Assembly: GCF_006345805.1 (NCBI RefSeq)
Contig: NC_043014.1
Location: forward strand, 51,150,001 to 51,214,000
From: Octopus sinensis
Taxonomy: Eukaryota
Length of the DNA: 64,000 nucleotides
Direction: 5' to 3'
Each line of letters begins with the position of its first letter. Positions within the stretch are counted from its first letter, which is position 1. The notes below the pieces were generated by a model. It searched no databases and was not told where the DNA came from. It worked only from the letters and a program-made list of their open reading frames with translations. Position numbers and translations under genes: made by a program. This document shows, piece by piece, positions 51,207 through 64,000 of the stretch.

Positions 51207-52324
51207 GTATGGATGACAATTCTTTTTGCTCCGCTCGTCGTTCATAAAAAAAAACCGCGTTCGCAATCCTTTTTTTCGTTCGGCCCTTCTTATCTTGGTT
51301 TTCCTTGTCCTCTCTTTCACTGTTTATAATTTGTACTGTCGTTACTGTACTGTTTTTGTTACCATTTTTTACCCCTCTGCGAAAAGATGTCAGAATTTTA
51401 ATTGATTTGCTTTTCGCAGGAAGGAAAGTTTCTTGTCGAAGATACGTCTCGCTTTCACCTTCGTAACGTAGAGTTGATGAAACCAAAGCGACTGAAGAAG
51501 GGTTTTTTCTTTGTGTTAATTGTCCTGTACTCTATTTTTCTGTTGTTTAAAAAAATGTCCAGTCCCTTTGGTTTGTGTCTATGTTTTCGTTTCTCATTGT
51601 GTTCGACGACTTTTTGGTGTCCTGTACTCATATATGCGTGTATATGTACATGTAGAGGTAGGTACGTACATATATGTTTATATATATGCATATATATATG
51701 CATATGTTTTATTTTATTTATTAATATATATATATATATGCATGCATAGGAGTATATGTAAATGTATATGTATATCTATTTGTTTATGTATAAAGGTATG
51801 TATTAAAATTTCTAATTCAAAACACGTGCAAAGCACGCCTGATACATTCAAACTAGAAGTTTAAAATAAGGTATAGCAATGATTCATAAATAATTTTGAT
51901 TTTCGGTGGAGGACTAAATTTTTCTAGTTTTGTTCACATAGAAGAAACACCAAGCAATTAAAGGGTAAATATCAAATATTATAATTGATGATTATTGAAG
52001 ATATACGACGTAATACGCATGTAGGAAGAATTCTGGTTATTTCGAATAATATATTCCATGCTATAACAGATTAGCCAAACCTTGCAGATGTCCAATTGCT
52101 GGCTCTGCATCATGACCCAAACTGGTTAACGGAAATGCTAAATACAACGGGTGTCAACATAAAGACTTAGTGTCACCTCAGTGAGACATTTGCGGTCTAT
52201 GAAAATATAAGGAACAGACTGTTGATACCCATTCATAATACTTCACTTTCATATGCGCTCCCTCTTGATCTCCCAAGTCTCAAACTTTTACCGGTGCACA
52301 TACATACATATTGATAGACATATA

Positions 52325-52448
52325 TACATGTATATACATACATACATACATGCATACATACATACATACATACATACATACATACATACATACATACATA
52401 CATACATACATACATACATACATACATACATACATGCATACATACATA
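52325..52448. repeat. (ATAC)n microsatellite
   Basis: Direct reading. Confidence 0.95.
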
Positions 52449-52679
52449 TATAATATTTAATAAATTTTAGGGTAGCAAAAAATTCTAGAAAAATTATCCG
52501 CTACCAGCGGTCAAGTGAGAATTTATTAAATAATGATTTTTTGGCTAAATTTGAAATTAAATCGGCAGTTTATATTTACTGCAGAGAAAACCGCGTGAGA
52601 GTGGTGGATTTTGAAAAGTTATAGCATATAGACTCGAGGCATGGCTATTATCGCCTTGTGGCTATATGCTAGTCCTTGG

Positions 52680-52763
52680 CTTTCTACTGAAGAGGCAACG
52701 CCAGTCGTAAGTAATTTTATTTTATTTACTAAAGATTGCCGAAACTATGCATAGTCCAGAAAG
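52680..52763 (+). ncRNA. Type I hammerhead ribozyme, intact core, long stem II
   Basis: CUUUCUA-CUGAAGA(52687-93)-GGCAA..UUGCC-GAAAC(52741-45)-UAUGCAUA-GUC^(52756)-CAGAAAG. Stem III is the 12-nt palindrome ACUAUGCAUAGU. Stem I has 6 bp after an A-C mismatch at the first position. Confidence 0.8.
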
Positions 52764-53149
52764 GAGAGGGTAAACGTTTTTATTTCTCTTTCCATTTCAT
52801 AATTACAACTATTAGTGGTTTGGAGTTTAACTGCTCTTTGTAGTGAGTTGGATGTCCTATTATGGCCATTCCTTATATGTTTGAATACATACATATATAT
52901 ATATTCTTGTATATTTATATATAAATGCATGTTTATATACATATAGGAATTATATTTTCTGCATCTTTACACGACGCACATACGCTACATACACACATTA
53001 ATAATTAAGGTTACTATTTGTAACAGCAGCATGCTACAAATAGCAGTCAAAACGCCTCAAAACCATAGTTTTCATTTGTAGAAGTGAAAACTGTGGTTCT
53101 TGACAGCTATCTTTGCTGGTGCTACACGAGCTACACTCCATTAGTGACT

Positions 53150-53249
53150 NNNNNNNNNNNNNNNNNNNNNNNNNNNNNNNNNNNNNNNNNNNNNNNNNNN
53201 NNNNNNNNNNNNNNNNNNNNNNNNNNNNNNNNNNNNNNNNNNNNNNNNN
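53150..53249. other. Assembly gap (100 N)
   Basis: Run of exactly 100 N, a typical placeholder for a scaffold gap of unknown size. Confidence 0.99.
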
Positions 53250-53538
53250 CCGTCGACACGGCAACCACTGCACGGTGATCATAATTCTTCATCAGTAGTG
53301 CCAAACTGCGATCTCCCCCACCATCACCACCATCAGCGCACCTGCCTTCCATCATGAATTCCAGTACAACCACCAGCGACGGCAGCCCAATGGCACCATC
53401 GCATCATCAGCGCCAACAGCCATCTGTGTTTTATTACTGCGCTGCTGCGTCAACTACCTATCTTTGCTCACCACACACATGTGTTTACGTCCTTGCGTAC
53501 TTTTGCATTGACGCAGGCATCTGTGTAGGTAACACGTG

Positions 53539-53578
<40 letters not shown>

Positions 53579-53598
53579 CATACATACATACACACATA

Positions 53599-53632
<34 letters not shown>

Positions 53633-53636
53633 AATA

Positions 53637-53680
<44 letters not shown>

Positions 53681-54033
53681 GCTGCAAAAACATCGCAAAA
53701 AGTATCACAAAAACTGCTACTCAGAATTTTACGTACTCGTTAGACAGTTTTGAATGAGAATTTATATATATATGTATAAAATATCATTAAAATTCAGTTG
53801 AATTAAGTAGTTAAATTGAAGTACCTTGCAGGTTCGGTATAGTCCGCACACCTTCAAGTTAGATGAACAGAATGTAAATAAGAAGGATGTACATCCATAA
53901 TGTATTGACACTTATACATCCTTGTCACTTATATATATATATAGTTAATCCAAACAAGAAGGCACAAAAAAAACACAGCAATGCGAGGATGTGGAACAAA
54001 TATAGTATTATTGGACGCTCAGGAAAGAAGGAG

Positions 54034-54070
54034 GGCTTAACGTTTCGAGCGGAGCTCTTCGTCGGAAACA
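54034..54070 (-). ncRNA. Family D-related minimal hammerhead, U4C variant
   Basis: Minus strand: CCGACGA-A-GAGC UCC GCUC-GAAAC-GUUA, within a repeat spanning about 53945-54150. Confidence 0.55.
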
Positions 54071-54195
54071 TAGAAGGAAAGATCCAGAGAAGGGAAGACA
54101 GAGGGAAAAAAATCGCCAACGGTACACATGTGGTCACGACACAAATTATACGATAATACACATGCACACTATATCTAATTTGTAACTCATATTTA

Positions 54196-54395
54196 ACACG
54201 CTGGGCGAAATGCTTAGCGGCATTTCGTCTGTTTATATATTCTGAGTTCTAATTCTGCCGAGGTCGACTTTGCCTTTGATCCTTTCGGAGTCGATAAATT
54301 AAGTACCATTTACATACTGGTGTCGATCTAATCGACTGACACCCCCACCCACCATAAACAATTTTGGGTCTTGTGCCTAGAGTAGAAAATAATAT
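54196..54395 (+). mobile_element. SINE family C variant with alternative tail
   Basis: Family C head remnant and core, then cccccaccc...ttttgggtcttgtgcctagagtagaaa, which resembles the end of the 21023 array. Confidence 0.8.
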
Positions 54396-55822
54396 GTAAC
54401 CTATATGTATATTTAATGAATATATATGCTGCGACATATATGTTTTTTTCACCACCACCGCTTTTCTGGAGATCAAATTCCACCAGTGCAACTTTGTACA
54501 AGAACATGCTTACCACTACCGTATTCACCATCTCCATACACACCATCGCCACCACCACAAGATTCAGCATCACTGTCGCCTTCATCCCTCCACACACATA
54601 TCACCTGTTCTAATGCGAAGTTAACCAGTTTATTTAAGATGTCTCTGTTAAACAGGTGTATCGTTCTGTTAATAGAAACTGCAGAATAATATAAACATAT
54701 TTATCCCACGCACATTTGCGTGATAAATACTGTCAAAGGATTGATATTAGCCATGGATAGGGCGGAATACCGTACGGCTTTGATATGGTTTGATGCAGTA
54801 GGAAGGAACATATCAAATTGTCAGCTTATGTAACTGTAACCCCCCAAATCTGGTCCCTATAAATCTAACAGGAAACAGAATGGACTCGACCAATAATGTC
54901 ACCCAAGATCCAGATGGTGGTGGAGGTTTATTATCAGACAGCAGGGTGTCGAAAAGTAGCAGCCAAATCTTCCTCAAATGATATGGTAACGTTTCAGAGA
55001 AGGTGTATTTAATAATGTGGTCCTAGATATATCTTTTACTTGTTTCAGCGGCTACGCTGTGGCGCCACTTGGAGGAAATTTACCCGAATGAATCTACCCC
55101 AGTACTCTTTCTTACGCCTGATACTTATTCATCAGTTTCTTTCGTCGAAGCGCTAAGTTACAGGGTACGTAACGTTACATGTTGTGTGGCATAGCTATAT
55201 CTCCTAATATGAGATACGCAACGAATTGGATGTTGACAAGTATGGGCGCCATATTTTGTGCAAGATTACCAAAATGTATTTATAAATATCATTTTAACAT
55301 GGCAAGGTGTGATTAAGGGTCATTTAGCAGCTATTGTTAACATATCAATTATTGGTATTATTTAAAGACGAAGGACTATATAACTTGAATGATATTGAGC
55401 TACTGATTTTCGTAGTTAGAAAGACAGATTTCATGAGTTTTCTTAGGATTTAGTAATGAACTATGATACATACATATATATATATATATATATCTATATA
55501 TATATATATATATTATGTGAAATAGAAAGATGAATAATCTTGTAGTAGATTAATCAAAAGTTTAACCGATACCTTAGTAGCAAAAATCACAGCAGTAAAG
55601 TTTCGCCATGGGCTCTTAGGAGCATAGTTCGATTTGTTTTTGCTCCGCCTCTGTTCTGTTTTTGTTTTTCCAACGGATTTCCTATTTTCTTCCTGAAGAG
55701 AAAGACACAATATGGTCCCATTATTCAATCGGATTTTGGTAATTTGTGCCTTTCGAAACACGTGTAGAATGAAATAAAACGATTTCTGTTCAATCTGCGT
55801 TCAGCTCCATTTCTTCAACTCA

Positions 55823-55861
<39 letters not shown>

Positions 55862-56101
55862 ACAAAGGGTCTAATCAATTAATAATCAATTAATTAAGAA
55901 GTAATCAATAATTTCACCAAGTAGAATTCGGCATGAAAAAAGGACCATTTCATGGTAAACTTAAGTAATATTTAATAATTAGGGTTCAGCAAAGATTTGC
56001 TTTACCGCATACCGAAGTTTAGAAATAGCAGCCAAAAAACGTTAGCTATTTCTAAACTTCGATAGTTGGTAAGACAAATCTTGCTGAACCATAATAATTA
56101 A

Positions 56102-56170
<69 letters not shown>

Positions 56171-56373
56171 CCCATCTCCTGAACAATTAGCTTATGGAAC
56201 ATTTCAGCAGATATATCGTGTTCCACCAAAAGTGAAGATTATGGTAGAGCAGAAGACGATACATGTTTTCAATGATGTAACATAAAACTGTTTCATCATA
56301 CCATGAGACGCACATGCATATATGTATGTATGTGTGTGTAAAGGAGTTTTTTTTTAAAATATAAACGAACATT

Positions 56374-56773
56374 AGGCGCAGGAGTGGCTGTGTGGTAAGT
56401 AGCTTGCTAACCAACCACATGGTTGCAGGTTCAGTCCCACTGCGTGGCACCTTGGGCAAGTGTCTTCTGCTATAGCCCCGGGCCGACCAATGCCTTGTGA
56501 GTGGATTTGGTAGACGGAAACTGAAAGAAGCCTGTCGTATATATGTATATATATATATGTGCGTGTGTTTGTGTGTCTGTGTTTGTCCCCCTAGCATTGC
56601 TTGTCAACCGATGGTGGTGTGTTTACGTCCCCGTCACTTAGCAGTTCGGCAAAAGATACCGATAGAATAAATACTAGGCTTACAAAGAATAAGTCCTGGG
56701 TCGATTTGCTCGACTAAAGGCGGTGCTCCAGCATGGCCGCAGTCAAATGACTGAAACAAGTAAAAGAGTAAAG
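56374..56773 (+). mobile_element. SINE family A, full length
   Basis: Collinear with the 10349 copy. Confidence 0.93.
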
Positions 56774-57352
56774 TGTATTAAGTAATAATAATAAAATATA
56801 ATAATAATAATAACAATATAGGAGTGCCAAACAAAGATTTTTGCCTAGATTTTGAACCCGGTTTTTATTGCTTACTACATGATCATGTTACTGTTTATCT
56901 GATAGTCAATTAGCGCTCACCTCGCTCTCTCTCTCTCTCTCTTTCTTTCTTCCCCTCTCTCCCCCCTTACTCTCTCCCAAATTAGAGACGAATGTCAATG
57001 TTACATTTTAACTGAACTGTTAAACCCCATTGCGCACTCAAACAACAGGTTTGTTGGCGAGAAGCCATTAAACACTAGCGCCGCGTAACAACGTTCAGGC
57101 TTAGGAACATTTAATCTCGGTTTCTATTGATTTTTTTTCTTTAACCATGACACACGGATGAAAGGTAATGTCAGCCTCAGCTCAGCCGAACGAACACTCG
57201 ACGTTTTAAAGAGATCTGACTAAATACTTACATGTATTTTGACCGTGAGTTCATCGCTTCAAGATGCGTCACCAAACCTTGTTAACAATAATACAAACAT
57301 ATATGAATAAATATAAATGTATAAAGAAATAAATATATAAAGAAAAACAAAA

Positions 57353-57517
57353 AGATGCAAGTGTGGTGGCTCAGTGGAAAGACGTTTGCTGCACAACCAC
57401 ATGACTCCGGGTTCAGTCCCACTACGTGGTATGTTAGGCAGTTGACGTTTCCTGTAGCCTCTGGCCGACCAAAGACTTGTTAGTGGATTTGGTAAATGGA
57501 AACTGAATGAAGCCCGT

Positions 57518-57525
<8 letters not shown>
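57353..57525 (+). mobile_element. SINE family A 5' half, diverged
   Basis: gtggctcagtgg...gggttcagtcccactacgtgg...gtggatttggtaaatggaaactgaa. Confidence 0.78.
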
Positions 57526-57553
<28 letters not shown>

Positions 57554-57659
57554 ATATATATATATATATATACTCTACCTCGGATATACTTGTTGCTTAT
57601 TTGATTTATATGAATAATACCATACAAAATTCTGGTGCCTTTGATTAAGTTACCATATT

Positions 57660-57690
57660 TATCTAATCTATCTATCTTTCTATCTATCTT

Positions 57691-57759
<69 letters not shown>

Positions 57760-57760
57760 T
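57660..57760. repeat. (ATCT)n microsatellite
   Basis: Direct reading. Confidence 0.95.
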
Positions 57761-58429
57761 TATAAAAAGTGTAGGTGGTTTACGAGATGGTGCTCCAGTA
57801 TGGCAGTATTCTAACGATAAGTAGAAGATAAAAGATACATATTCCGAGATTGCAGAATCGCAAATTGACCTTCCCAAGTGCCCTTCCTTTCATATCTATC
57901 TCTGTGTTGTGTATGTACGTACGCGCGGTCTTTGTTCCAATGCAAAACAGAAGTTCCCTAGCGCTAATATCGCAATCCGTTTTCCATTTACTTCATGTTA
58001 AACTCTCCTTAAAAATGTTAACGCCCTTTGAAAAGGTATTTATTTCTTAAATATTCCCCATATGTGGTAATCCATACCCACGTATATATATATAAATAGT
58101 GTCTCTATACAAGCCCTCTGTCTATAACGAGGTACGTGAAAGTATATAATTATAATATATCTATAATATATATATAATATATATATAATATATATAATAT
58201 ATATATATATATAATATAATGTATTGGTGTGTGTGTGTTTTTGTGTGTAGTGGTGGTTGTTCTATGTCCATTGTGCGTGTGCGCCGGTGCTGACATAGAT
58301 TAAAGTATTATCTTTAGAGGACCTTTCCGAAGATTAGGTTTCTCTAGAGATTAACTGGTAAAAAGTCATTCCATTCGTGAATGCTGAATCAAAATGTAAG
58401 CTTATCAGTTATCCATTTCAAAACGGTTC

Positions 58430-58460
<31 letters not shown>

Positions 58461-58558
58461 TTATCTATCTATATATCTCTATCTATCTATATATATCTCT
58501 ATCTATCTATATATATCTCTATCTATCTATATATCTCTATCTATCTATCTATCTCTAC

Positions 58559-58592
<34 letters not shown>

Positions 58593-58599
58593 CTACCTA

Positions 58600-58634
<35 letters not shown>

Positions 58635-59151
58635 TCGCTCGTTCGCTCGCACACAGACACATTTAAGAATGCAAGTAACATCAAATTTTAATATAAATCC
58701 TTTTTCTTTTATGAGAAACATCTGGAAATACCCTACAATCTTTATTTACGCTACTTTATATGGTTTGGAATTCTTAAAATTACCGCATGGCCTTGCTTAA
58801 ATACCAAGGCTCTCGCTGACTCTCTGTCTCACTGAATTCTTCTTTATCATTCATTGTTTGCAATATCTTCACTCAGGAAGGTATTGTGCACGAGACGAAT
58901 TCTTTTCCTTCTTGCATAACTATTTGAAACACTTGTATAAAATACGTTCAAAATATTTATATTTGATTTGGCTTCATAAGTTATGCATCTCCAAGCCATT
59001 ACTATCTTACCTGTCCTCGCTTCGTAATCACGAACATTCTAATAAGGATTTGCAACGGTTTGCTCTACTGGACTGAAGTCGAAAAATTCTGGCATTGTAT
59101 CGCTTCTAAACATAACACCACTCACACACACACACACACACACACACCACA

Positions 59152-59182
<31 letters not shown>

Positions 59183-60091
59183 CAGGGAGAAAGGTAGATA
59201 AATGCAAGTAGGTTAATGGATATATTTACATGGGCTACAAAATATAGAGCATGAAATAACCAATACAAAATAAAAGAACACAAAGAAATAAAGTAATACA
59301 AAATAGACAAGTTACATAATGGTCTTGACAGCTGTTTCGGGTGAACCATAGCTTGTACTCTTGTTCCACATCAACGTTCATTACATGATAAAGCCCTGTA
59401 ATACCGTAATCTACGGAATAATACGAATTCCTAAGGGTCGGTTAGGCAACGCCAAGTCACTCGCTTCGTAGGAATAGGGCGAAAAGCGTATGTCTTAGCA
59501 ATATTTACAAATATGTAGGTTTGTGAATGCGTTTGTACTTTGATTCTCAGTGTCTGTTATGTGTGTGGCTTGGGTATGTATGCAAGGGGGCTTTGTCTGT
59601 GTACCTTTTTAATTTCAATTATTTCTGTGGGCGGTTTTGGAACGTAACGCCCATGATAATCAAAGGATTTCTGCAATATTCCAAAAATACAATACAGTTT
59701 TTTAAACATTGAATGACTATAAGGGGTCACTGGAGTAACATTAGAATCAAAAAGGTCCGTAGGTCAAAAAAGGGCTGAGACACTGCTCTGGATGGAGGTA
59801 AAAGAGGTGAGGCGGCAGAAAAGGAGCGGGAGGGATGCTCTGGTATTTGACCTGTTTTATCACTTTTTCTTTCGTTAATGACTCCCTAATGAAGAAAAGC
59901 AAAATTGACTTCTGTGGGGTTTGAACTCGAAACATGAAGAATCGTGCGAGGTATTTTATCCTGTGCTCTCATCATGATTCTGCCGGATTATCACTTCTCT
60001 TTTCCACTCCCTCATTCTTTGCGTGTATATATGTGTGCGTACACATATATGTGTATATATGCAGACACGTATATAAAAGATTAACTGTATG

Positions 60092-60155
<64 letters not shown>

Positions 60156-60787
60156 TATGGGTGTGTATTGGTATGTAGTTTTGGATATACATCTATGTGC
60201 ATATGTATATATTTCAGATCGTGTGTGTGTATTTATATGTAGAGAGAGATGTGTGTGTGTGTGTGTGTGTGTATCTCACTACGTATCTCAGATTTCTCTC
60301 ACTCTACATATCGGTGGCGCCTGTTTTAAGATAAACTTAGTAACTACACATGTTAGGATTCACAACTGACATTTTCTATATTTCATTACGTTAGTCACAT
60401 TTTGAAAAGCGGAAACGGTACATATTCTTGCAAAGTTATTGCATAAATTATCTCGTATGTGTATGCCTTACCAATATAGGTAGTGCAGAATATATTTACT
60501 TCCACCGTGTTTTTTAAGTTTTCTGCAGTATCATACAGGTTTCTGCAGTATCAACAACCACTCCTACGGGTGTATATTTTTTTTTCAGTTGCTTACTACA
60601 AAGTCATTTGGGAATGAAGCAGTGTGTTCGTAAGATCTTCCTTGCGTGGCTGTGTGGTAAGCGTAGGCAGGGCGGTACAAGAACGTGGTCTCGGTTTCAG
60701 TCCTACAGTACAGCAATTGTCTTCTAATATAACATTTGCCAACCAGTTCCTGCTCTAGCCCGTTGTGCGTATGTTTGTGTGTGTGTG

Positions 60788-60825
<38 letters not shown>

Positions 60826-61029
60826 ATATGAACAAAAGGAGAAAATGGAAGAAATATATCTAAATCAAATCAATCACTATCAGTAATGCCGAATCAATAC
60901 TTTATTAAAACACTACACAATAGCCGAATGATATTATTAACATTAATATAGTACAAATATAACAAGACATAGAAATACATTTACATTATATATATATATA
61001 TATATAGATATATATATATATATATATAC

Positions 61030-61271
61030 GGGAAGGTTTTACGAAAATAAACAAAAGACGAAGGCAGGTGGAGTACAAAGAAACAATTGTATTAGTATGA
61101 CGCTCAGGAATAGAAATAAAACAAGTATTTTACGTTTCGAGCCTACGCTCTTCGACAGAAAGATACACAGAAAAGAAACAAGAGGAGGGAAAAAAATGCG
61201 TGCAGGAGCTAACGATTCAACATGGCGTTCTGATTTCAGCCAGAAGTCAGAGATCAGACGTTAGACGCTAG

Positions 61272-61314
<43 letters not shown>

Positions 61315-61560
61315 TAGAATTCACAAAAAAAAACCCAAAGACGAAGACAGGTGGTGTAAACAACAAACAGATGTATTAGTTTAACGCTCGGGAAGTGAAA
61401 AAGTCTTTAAAGTTTCGAGCCTACGCTCTTCCACAGAAAGAAACAAGGAGAGAAAATAAAGAATGCGTAGTGGCTACCAATCTGTCATGGCGAATGCCGG
61501 ACAGTGGGGTCACACAGGAGAGCTAGGAAGAAGGACAGATAATAAAGTAGTGGTGATCCC
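61030..61560 (-). mobile_element. Two tandem copies of PLE-like family D separated by (TA)n, each with a mutated minimal hammerhead
   Basis: Copies start at about 61030 and 61313. Minus-strand motifs are CUGUCGA-A-GAGCGUAGGCUC-GAAACGUA (61128-61162) and CUGUGGA-A-GAGCGUAGGCUC-GAAACUUU (61408-61440). Confidence 0.78.
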
Positions 61561-61830
61561 AAAACAATGGTGTGCGTGCGTGTGCATAAGAGAGCATGTA
61601 TGTGCGTGTGGAAGAGGGCTGGTGATCTTGACGTGTTCGTGTGTGCAAAAAAAAAAGGCAGGATAGTCGTGGCTGGTATGTCTGTGATATTTATTTTATT
61701 TGATTAATATTATGCTTAAATTAAACAACTTTATAATGTTATTTCATAAGAATTTATAAACTCTCGAGAGAATGAAACTAATTTAAAAATTATTATTATT
61801 TATTTTTTTTGAGCTGCGAATGTCGAGGCA

Positions 61831-62240
61831 TACTCTTCAGACTTGTTTCAGTCATCTGACTGCGGCCAAGCTGGAGCACCGCCTTTTTGGTCGAGCAAAT
61901 CGACCCCCAGGACTTATTCTTTGGAAGCCCAGTACCTTATTATTCTATCGGTCTCTTTTGCCGAAACCGCTAAGTAACGGGGACGTAAACCACATCAAAA
62001 TCGGTTGTCAAGCAATGCTAGGGGGAACAAACACAGACACACAAACACACACACACATATATATATATATACATATATACGACAGGCTTCTTTCAGATTC
62101 CGTCTACCAAATCCACTCACAAGGCATTGGTCGGCCCGGGGCTAGAGCAGAAGACACTTGCCCAAGATGCCACGCAGTGGGACTGAACCCGGAACCATGT
62201 GGTTGGTTAGCAAGCTACTTACCACACAGCCACTCCTGCA
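61831..62240 (-). mobile_element. SINE family A, full length
   Basis: Reverse complement of the 10349 and 56374 copies. Confidence 0.93.
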
Positions 62241-62622
62241 TATATAAAGCTTATGAAGCTACAGATAATAGCATGCTATTATAATGTTCTGGCTATTACA
62301 GTAGTGACAGAATATGAAAAAATATCAAAATTCAGCGACGAGGTTCGCTGGAGATTCGCTTGTCACAAGAATTTCCATTTTCTTCAAGCTCAAAGAAGCG
62401 TCAATCTTCGTTTTGTCAATAAACCTAAATACTCGACTGGTGAATGTCTTATCACATTCTCTTCTCTCAGTTCAACATTTCGGATACGCTTAGATGTCAG
62501 AGTGTTTGGAATGAAGCAAGACGTGTTGACAAGCGCAGTAGGTCTGTGTCAAAAGAGAGAGAGAGAGGAGGGGAGGAAAGATGGGTGGTGGTGGTGCTGT
62601 TAATGTGTTTAACTAAGCTGTG

Positions 62623-62673
62623 AAAATATAGTTTACCTATATTTTCGTTGAGAATATAGGTAAACTATATTTT
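62623..62673. repeat. Perfect 21-bp inverted repeat with 9-nt spacer
   Basis: aaaatatagtttacctatatt (62623-43) / aatataggtaaactatatttt (62653-73). Confidence 0.95.
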
Positions 62674-63415
62674 GAGTGTTAACATAAACAAATTAAAGTA
62701 AATGTAAACATCGACTAAGGACTCTGTATGCTCAAAATTTTAGGATTCTCTTCTCCATACAGCTTTCTAACGAATCAAATTTTCGATTGGAACCAATGTA
62801 TTTTTTTTCCTATCAAGAAACTAAAACGAATGGAAGAGGGAAAATATTTAAGCCGTCATTGAAGTTGCTAGAAATAGCAGCTAAATCTGCTTACTATCAG
62901 ACAAAATTTCAGTAAACAAAGGACATATTGCATAATTTGAACATAGATATATTTTGTCTCACTGAAAGGTGGGAGGGATGGTTATCAAGGAAATCTCGTT
63001 GGTTAGAATTCTAGCTCAATAAGGCCTGACCTGGGGTTAAACAATAACAGCCCATCGTTTCTTCCAGCTTTGGTTTCCATTAAGTTCTTGCTTCACCAAA
63101 GCCATTACTGATAAGTATTTCAATTTGTATTGCCTTCAAAATTGTTAGCGCGTCGAACAAAATTATATATATATATATATATATATGAGTATTACACACA
63201 CACATGCACAGACATATTACTCACACTAAAAAAAAATTATATATATATATATTTAAATACATGCTCGCAGATATACACCGTTAAATACATCGGCAAATAA
63301 CCATATGACGTTCTACCTTAGACATTTATAGAGCTTCTTACATATTTAAGAAAAAAAAACCCAAAACAGACCAATATACATACATACAAACATATGTACC
63401 CAAATCCACATATAT

Positions 63416-63446
<31 letters not shown>

Positions 63447-63965
63447 GTTTATTGCTTAAAACGCCTATCTCATTCACCCTCTCATCTTCTGCATTATTGC
63501 ACGGATATAAGGACTCCCAAACACACCTAACACGTAATACACCTGTATTTTCTGTGTATCTTCTCCCTATCTGTCTCCTAGCTTCTCTTTATTTCACACA
63601 TATAACACACACACACACTCTCTCTCTCTCTGTTATACACACGTTTGTTTGTGGCTAGACATTCATACGCACAGAGGCTTTCGTACACGTATATACACAG
63701 ACACACACACAGATGTTTAAGCGCCTTCGCATACACGTCGATGCATATATAATCACTCGCCTGCTCCTTTCTCATCTCGCTTCTAAACCTAACACATAAA
63801 TAGAATTAAATCCAATCACACAGATACACACTTAAGACTTGCTTTACACACATACACGCTAACACACACATACTTACATAATATGTGTGTATGTATATAC
63901 TCTACACCCCACAGGCCAAAACAGAAATTGCTTCACATCTCCACACGTAATATCTTTATCTCCGT

Positions 63966-63996
<31 letters not shown>

Positions 63997-64000
63997 ATTC

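Noticed and set aside
53250-53470. GC-richer His/Ser/Thr-rich reading frames after the gap
   Set aside because: Low-complexity CAC/CAT-type sequence with stops and no splice signals; context is broken by the assembly gap.

Overview
AT-rich, microsatellite-saturated eukaryotic DNA with a repeat content typical of an octopus (coleoid cephalopod) genome; the species assignment is inference. No complete protein-coding gene is supported, and nearly all ORFs in the supplied track are translations of (TA)n, (TATC)n, (TATG)n or (ATT)n tracts. The window contains: at least four tRNA-derived SINE families, several with target-site duplications (TSDs) and interchangeable tails; two non-autonomous Helitrons; two decayed mariner transposases; an R4/Dong-type LINE 3' relic; a Penelope-like element (PLE) ORF relic with a CxCx5C motif; and a 100-N assembly gap. 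The most striking signal is a set of type I hammerhead ribozyme (HHR) motifs read by eye on both strands, belonging to several unrelated repeat families. The centrepiece is 34214-35704, a ~530-bp non-coding unit present as 1.65 tandem copies plus 1.15 inverted copies between two (TA)n tracts. It carries three intact hammerheads, two of them 529 nt apart on the same strand, which is a retrozyme/PLE pseudo-LTR-like architecture. A second notable pattern is one SINE family present as a monomer, a dimer and a ~4.5-mer, each bounded by a single TSD. All structures were folded and aligned manually; no database searches were run.
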